Shown here piece after piece: positions 59,368 to 64,000 of a stretch of 64,000 nt of DNA. The stretch comes from Paenibacillus sp. (GTDB lineage Bacteria; Bacillota; Bacilli; Paenibacillales; YIM-B00363). How positions within the stretch are numbered: position 1 is the stretch's first letter; every line of letters begins with the position of its first letter. Location: positions 39,011 through 103,010 of the forward strand of contig NZ_DASQNA010000017.1 in NCBI RefSeq assembly GCF_035645195.1. Reading direction: 5' to 3'. The position numbers and the translations under genes are program-made. The notes under the pieces were generated by a model that did no database searches, had not been told where the DNA came from, and was given only the letters and a program-made list of their open reading frames with translations.

Positions 59368-60141
59368 ATGTCGTTTTTCAATCGGGTCATGGCGAGCATC
59401 GGCATCGGCGCGGCGCAGGTCGATACGGTGCTGGAGAAAAACCGGTACGCCCCGGGCGAGCTCGTCCGCGGCGTCGTTAAAATCAAAGGCGGCAACGTCG
59501 AACAGCAGGTCGATTCGATCTACATTTCGGTCATGACGCAGTACGTGAAAGAAGTCGACGACCGGAAAGTGTACCAGAGCGCGGAAGTCGCCAAAACGCG
59601 CGTCTCCGAGCCGTTCCTCGTGAAGCCCCAGGCCGCTTCGGAAATTCCGTTCTCGTTCGAGCTGCCGCTCACGACGCCGCTGTCCGTCGGACGGACGCCG
59701 GTTTGGCTGAAAACCGGGCTCGACATCAAGAGCGCAGTCGACCCGACCGACGACGACAAAATCGAAGTCGTGCCGAACGCGGCAATGCAGGCGGTGCTCG
59801 ACGGCGTCTCCGAGCTCGGCTTCCGCCTCCGCAACGCGGACTGCGAATATGCTCCGCGCTTCGGCTACGGCGCGTTCGTCCAAGAGCTCGAATTCGTCCC
59901 GATGTCCGGTCCGTACCGCGGCCGGTTGGACGAACTCGAAGTCATCATGCACCCGAGAGGCGACTCCATCGATTTGTTCCTCCAAGTCGACCGCCGGGCT
60001 CGCGGGCTGGCCGGCCTGTTCTCCGAAGCGCTCGAGATGGACGAAACGAACGTGCGCTTCACGCTCGACGCCGCGACGCTGTCGCGGGGCGCCGGCGCCG
60101 TCGCCGCGCAGCTCGACGCCGTGATCCGGCGTTACTCGTAA
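59368..60141 (+). CDS. spo0M: Sporulation-control protein Spo0M
   Basis: ASIGIGAAQVDT, DPTDDD, FVQELEF, LDELE and QVDRRARG motifs. Confidence 0.92.
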   Translation: MSFFNRVMASIGIGAAQVDTVLEKNRYAPGELVRGVVKIKGGNVEQQVDSIYISVMTQYVKEVDDRKVYQSAEVAKTRVSEPFLVKPQAASEIPFSFELPLTTPLSVGRTPVWLKTGLDIKSAVDPTDDDKIEVVPNAAMQAVLDGVSELGFRLRNADCEYAPRFGYGAFVQELEFVPMSGPYRGRLDELEVIMHPRGDSIDLFLQVDRRARGLAGLFSEALEMDETNVRFTLDAATLSRGAGAVAAQLDAVIRRYS

Positions 60142-60165
60142 GCCGGTTCGGATGAGGCCGTTCTT

Positions 60166-60804
60166 ATGATACGAGCGATCATTTTCGATTTGGACGGGAC
60201 GATCGGGGATACGCTGCCGCTGTGCATCGCCGCGTTCCGGAAGTCGATCGAGCCGCTCGCGGGCAGGGCCGTGTCCGACGAGGAGATCGTCGCGACGTTC
60301 GGCCCTTCGGAGGAAGGGACGATCCGGGCGCTCGTTCCCGATCATTACGAAGAAGGCGTCGAACGGTATTTGGCCCATTACCGCGAATTGCATCCGATGT
60401 GCGGCCGCCCGTTCGACGGCATCGCCGACATTCTCGATTTCGCGAGAGCGCGCGGCGTCCGGCTGGCGATGGTGACGGGCAAAGGCGCGAGAAGCACGGA
60501 CATTACGCTGGAGGCGTTCGGCCTGCGGCACGCGTTCGAAATCGTCGAAACCGGCTCGCCGCACGGTCCGCGGAAGGCGGAAGGCATCCGCAGCGTGCTG
60601 GACCGGTTCGAGATCGAGGCTGGGGAAGCCGTGTACGTCGGCGACGCGCCCAGCGATATCGAGGCGTCGCGGAAGGTCGGCGTCGCGATCGTCTCCGCCG
60701 CGTGGGCCGGCACCGCCGACCCCGAGGCGCTGCGGGCGCTTGCGCCCGACGAGCTGTTTACGGACGTGGCCGGCTTCCGGCAGTATCTCGAACGGGTATG
60801 CTGA
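60166..60804 (+). CDS. HAD-superfamily hydrolase
   Basis: FDLDGT, VTGK and YVGDAPSD motifs. Confidence 0.92.
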   Translation: MIRAIIFDLDGTIGDTLPLCIAAFRKSIEPLAGRAVSDEEIVATFGPSEEGTIRALVPDHYEEGVERYLAHYRELHPMCGRPFDGIADILDFARARGVRLAMVTGKGARSTDITLEAFGLRHAFEIVETGSPHGPRKAEGIRSVLDRFEIEAGEAVYVGDAPSDIEASRKVGVAIVSAAWAGTADPEALRALAPDELFTDVAGFRQYLERVC

Positions 60805-60824
60805 TGTCGTCAGTTGAATGGAAC

Positions 60825-60860
60825 TCCCCCGCTTCGGCGCTCGCGCCGGGGCGGGGGTTT
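60825..60860 (+). terminator. Intrinsic terminator
   Basis: CCCCCGC...GCGGGGG GC-rich stem followed by TTT. Confidence 0.55.
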
Positions 60861-61020
60861 GCTTGCGTCGGGGGAGGAGGGCAGTTGCGTTGCTGGGGGG
60901 CCGGGCCGCCCGTGGCTCCGCCGCTGCCCGCAATCCTCGCCCGCAGCCGCTCTCTGGAAACCGCTCCCTTGGAACTAGGTTTCCGCGTCCGCTTCCCGCA
61001 CCGCGCTTCCGCGTCTGGCC

Positions 61021-61245
61021 ATCTGCACCCGCATCCCCACCCGGCAACCGCGCCCCGCAATCCAGCCCGGCCATCCGCGCCCGCATCCGCGCCCCGTATC
61101 CGCACCCCGTATCCGTGCCCCGCAATCCATTCCCGACCATACGCGCTCGCATCAGCGCCCCGCAATCCAGCCCGGCCATCCGGGCCCGCATCCGCGCCCC
61201 GTATCCGCTCCCAGCATTAGTGCCCCGCCATCCGCGCCCCGCATG
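61021..61245. repeat. C-rich degenerate repeat region with a 54 bp block repeated at 105 bp spacing
   Basis: GCGCCCCGCAATCCAGCCCGGCCATCCGsGCCCGCATCCGCGCCCCGTATCCGC at 61050 and 61155; built from ATCCG-containing subunits. Confidence 0.8.
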
Positions 61246-61263
61246 GATAGTACCCCCTGCACA

Positions 61264-61947
61264 TTAATGCCCTGTCCCTTCGTGACACCGGGTTCCGCTA
61301 GGTACCGAATACCCGGTAATGCGCCGATTCGTCGGGCGATGCGGAAGGAGCGATCCGTCGTGCGCCAGCTTTTGCAGCCATAAATAAGCCGTTTTTCGAG
61401 TAACGCCGAACCGTTGAGAGACATGCTGCACTTTAATGATCCCGCGTTGGACGGCGAGCGAAACGATCTCGGATTTCCGTTTCGCCCAGAGGTGATCGAC
61501 CGTGGAGATTTGGCAGTGGTGGGCGACGATCAAACATTTGCCCACCGCTTGCACGAGCTGCCTTCTGCAAAGCATCGGCTTCTTCATCACCATGTTCGCG
61601 GTAAACCGGACTAGGATCCATCGACCGCTTAAGACGAGGTCGTTTTGCCTCTCTTGATGGTCGTCGTACTGCTGCGCGGTTAAACCGTCGACGTGATACC
61701 TATAGCCATCGATTTCAATGATGATACGGATGTCGCCGGATTCGTAATAGAAATCGAGAAACCGGTTGCCTCCTTTGTAGTCTTTGACGCGAAACTGGGC
61801 GTGGAGCCCGTTGAAATTGAACGAAAACTCGGGTCCGAAGACTTGGTCTAGAAACATGCATTCGATTTCGTTCAACCGCGTGTCGATTCCGCCGCGCCGG
61901 AACTTCTCCTCCACGGACTCCACGTACTTTCTGACCTCGGGGTGCAT
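61264..61947 (-). CDS. Vsr/DUF559-like nuclease fused to a C-terminal winged HTH
   Basis: FLDF...IIEIDGYRYH...ERQNDL...WILVRFT nuclease pattern. C-terminal VQHVSQRFGVTRKTAYLWLQKL helix-turn-helix. GGAGG RBS. Visibly lower GC than its neighbours. Confidence 0.75.
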   Translation of the reverse strand: MHPEVRKYVESVEEKFRRGGIDTRLNEIECMFLDQVFGPEFSFNFNGLHAQFRVKDYKGGNRFLDFYYESGDIRIIIEIDGYRYHVDGLTAQQYDDHQERQNDLVLSGRWILVRFTANMVMKKPMLCRRQLVQAVGKCLIVAHHCQISTVDHLWAKRKSEIVSLAVQRGIIKVQHVSQRFGVTRKTAYLWLQKLAHDGSLLPHRPTNRRITGYSVPSGTRCHEGTGH

Positions 61948-61968
61948 TCGCCTACCTCCTCTAACAAA

Positions 61969-62011
61969 TAAAAAAAGCACGCATGGATCCGGTTAGGTTC
62001 CATGTGTGCTT
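61969..62011 (-). terminator. Leader terminator ahead of the nuclease RBS
   Basis: 13 bp stem AAGCACACATGGA / TCCATGCGTGCTT (one mismatch) followed by a T tract, about 10 nt before the RBS. Confidence 0.6.
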
Positions 62012-62024
62012 CACATTTAGTTTT

Positions 62025-62053
62025 ATTGTAGTAGGGCGGGCGGAGGTTGTCTA
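62025..62053 (-). promoter_or_regulatory. sigmaA-like promoter of the nuclease gene
   Basis: TAGACA-N17-TACAAT. Confidence 0.6.
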
Positions 62054-62109
62054 GAGCAAAATCCGTTCGTCGCGCCGTGGCAAGCGGAATGGCGGGCTGC
62101 GTCGAGGAA

Positions 62110-62718
62110 TATGGGTAGGAGGTACGCGAAATAGCGGAAGGGTAGTTACATAAGTTGGGTAGGAGGTACACATAATGGCGGCGGGGAGTGCGGTGGAAGC
62201 GCAGGAGCCGGCGGTTATGGGTACGAGGTACACAAAATAGCGGAAGGGTAGTTACATAAGTGGGGCAGGAGGTACACATAATGGCGGCGGGGAGTGCGGG
62301 GAGAGCGCGGGAGCGGGCGGTTATGGCTAGGAGGTACGCAAAATAGCGGCAGGGTGGTTACATAAGTGAGGCAGGAGATTCCCATAATGGCGGCGGGGAG
62401 CACGGGGGGAGAGCGTGTGCGGGCGGTTATGGGTAGGAGGTACGCAAAATAGCGGAAGGGTAGTTACATAAGTGGGGCAGGAGGCACACATAATGGCGGC
62501 GGGGGGTGCGGTGGAAGCGCCGGAGCGGGCGGTTATGGGCAGGAAGTATGCATAATAGCGGAAGGGTAGTTACATAAGTAGGGTAGGAGGTACACATAAT
62601 GGCGGCGGGGAGTGCGGGGAGAGCGCCGGAGCGGGCGGTTATGGGCAGGAGGTAGGCATAATAGCGGAAGGGTAGTTACATAAGTGGGGCAGGAGGTACA
62701 CATAATGGCGGCGGGGGG
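62110..62718. repeat. 6 x 106 bp tandem direct-repeat array
   Basis: GTTACATAAG at 62145, 62251, 62357, 62463, 62569 and 62675, exactly 106 bp apart. Each unit has two related AGGAGGTAC subrepeats spaced 44 and 62 bp. Confidence 0.95.
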
Positions 62719-62818
62719 CCAGAAAGAGAGCGCCAAAGCGGCGAATGGACGAGCCGAATTTTGCTTCCGATCGAGCTTTTCGGGTAAGATGTGAGTGAAC
62801 GCAGGGAGGGACCTCACC

Positions 62819-63856
62819 ATGAACGTTACGATCGGCGCCCGGGTCGTCAAGACGGGCATCGCCGTCGCATTGGCCTTATATATCGCGCGGCTCGCGTTCC
62901 CCGAAAGCGTCACGATCGCGGGGGTCGCGGCCATTTTCGCCATCCAGCCGTCCGTGTACCGCTCCTGGCAGCATCTGCTCGAGCAAATGCAAACGAACAC
63001 GCTCGGCGCCATGCTGGCGCTCGGCGTCAGCCTCGTCCTGCCGGTCAACGAGGTCGTCGTCGGGCTGACGTGCATCGCGGTCATCCTCATCACGCTGGCG
63101 CTGCGGATGGAAACGACCGTAGCGCTGACGCTCGTCACGACGATCGTCGTGCTCGAGGCCGGCGGCGAGTGGATGTATGCGCTGGAGCGGTTCGGCACGA
63201 TTCTCATCGGCATCGGCGCCGCGTTCCTCGTGAACGCGATCGTCATGCCGCCGAATCATAAGAAGCAGTTCCTCGACAGCTACCGCGACGCGCTCGGCAT
63301 CATGTCGCTGCTCATTCGCACGGCCGTCAGCGACGAGCTGAAGGAGCGGGAAGCGAAGGCGCAGCGCGACCGCCTGAACGATATCGTGCGCAAGCTCAAC
63401 GAGCGATACGGCATGCTGGAGGAGGAATGGCGCAAATGGCGGCGATTCCGCTCGCAGCCGAGCCGGCACCTCGTCGTTCACAAGCAGATGGTGCGCGCCA
63501 TGACGATCGGGCAGCTCGTGCTGGACGCGGTGGAGACGCACTATTTTCCGCAGCGGAAGGACGAATCGGCGGATCGGGAATTCGACGACCGGCTCGAAGA
63601 GCTCATTCGGTACCACGAGTATACGCTGCTGAAGTACGAGGGGAAAATGAAGCCGGGCGACCAGCTGTACGAGCGGATCGGCGAGCAGACGGAGAAGCTG
63701 CTGCGGGACGCGATCAAGCAAACGGAAGGCGAGGCGAACGGCAGCGTCTCGCTCGTCGTCGTCGCGTCGGCGGTATACGAGTACGGACGGCAGCTGCGCC
63801 GGCTCGACAAGATGATCGGCAACGTGCAGCACTCGGAAGACGGAATAGGCGAATAG
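62819..63856 (+). CDS. Aromatic acid exporter / FUSC family membrane protein
   Basis: IGARVVKTGIAV and AIFAIQPSVYRSW N-terminal motifs. Confidence 0.88.
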   Translation: MNVTIGARVVKTGIAVALALYIARLAFPESVTIAGVAAIFAIQPSVYRSWQHLLEQMQTNTLGAMLALGVSLVLPVNEVVVGLTCIAVILITLALRMETTVALTLVTTIVVLEAGGEWMYALERFGTILIGIGAAFLVNAIVMPPNHKKQFLDSYRDALGIMSLLIRTAVSDELKEREAKAQRDRLNDIVRKLNERYGMLEEEWRKWRRFRSQPSRHLVVHKQMVRAMTIGQLVLDAVETHYFPQRKDESADREFDDRLEELIRYHEYTLLKYEGKMKPGDQLYERIGEQTEKLLRDAIKQTEGEANGSVSLVVVASAVYEYGRQLRRLDKMIGNVQHSEDGIGE

Positions 63857-64000
63857 CACGAAAGAAGAGCCCCGGACAGCCCGCCGACAGGAACATCGGC
63901 AGCCTTCCGCGGGCTCTTGCTGTACGTTCGGGATTACCGGTTCCCGCGGTGCAGGCGATGCTGCAGCTGACGAACATGGCTGCGCTCCGCCTTCTCCTCG

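Noticed and set aside
61872-63246. Minus-strand ORFs across the 106 bp array
   Set aside because: They are open by chance in a periodic G-rich sequence, and the longest is antisense to the exporter gene.
63860-64000. Partial gene at the right edge
   Set aside because: Too little sequence to fix a frame or family; only a hairpin (AAGAGCCC/GGGCTCTT) is evident.

Overview
The window is high-GC Bacillota DNA; gene content and promoter types point to a Paenibacillus-like spore former. A ~26 kb AT-rich island (24968-51258) interrupts it and carries a Wzx/Wzy polysaccharide cluster. Left arm: rmuC; a nitrate-type ABC operon with its own tatA, behind a GlnR/TnrA box and two tandem ANTAR-type attenuators; MarR-MMPL; a forespore-type cluster (Mn catalase plus two Gln-rich small proteins with sigmaG-like promoters); a TPP-riboswitch ABC operon ending in a TatD-family gene; an 11 x 51 bp palindromic array; a Gsp-synthase-like/DUF350 operon; tRNA-Thr(CGT); and a DUF3231 gene. 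The island has no recognisable integrase. It is bounded by a 54 bp repeat of the DUF3231 3' end and carries a decayed copy of the nearby fapA 3' end. It also holds capD, galU and GGDEF pseudogenes plus IS256 and IS21 remnants. Right arm: a c-di-GMP-I riboswitch ahead of fapA/DUF342 and an HD-GYP gene; ung; a nitrilase-GNAT-GNAT operon; spo0M; and a Vsr/DUF559-like nuclease-wHTH gene flanked on both sides by repeats with a 105-106 bp period. The upstream array shares a core motif with a third ~106 bp array 59 kb away. The strongest leads are the nuclease with its repeat family, the tandem ANTAR leader, the integrase-free island junction, the 51 bp array and the sigmaG Gln-rich proteins. Family assignments come from motif recognition by eye; no database searches were run.
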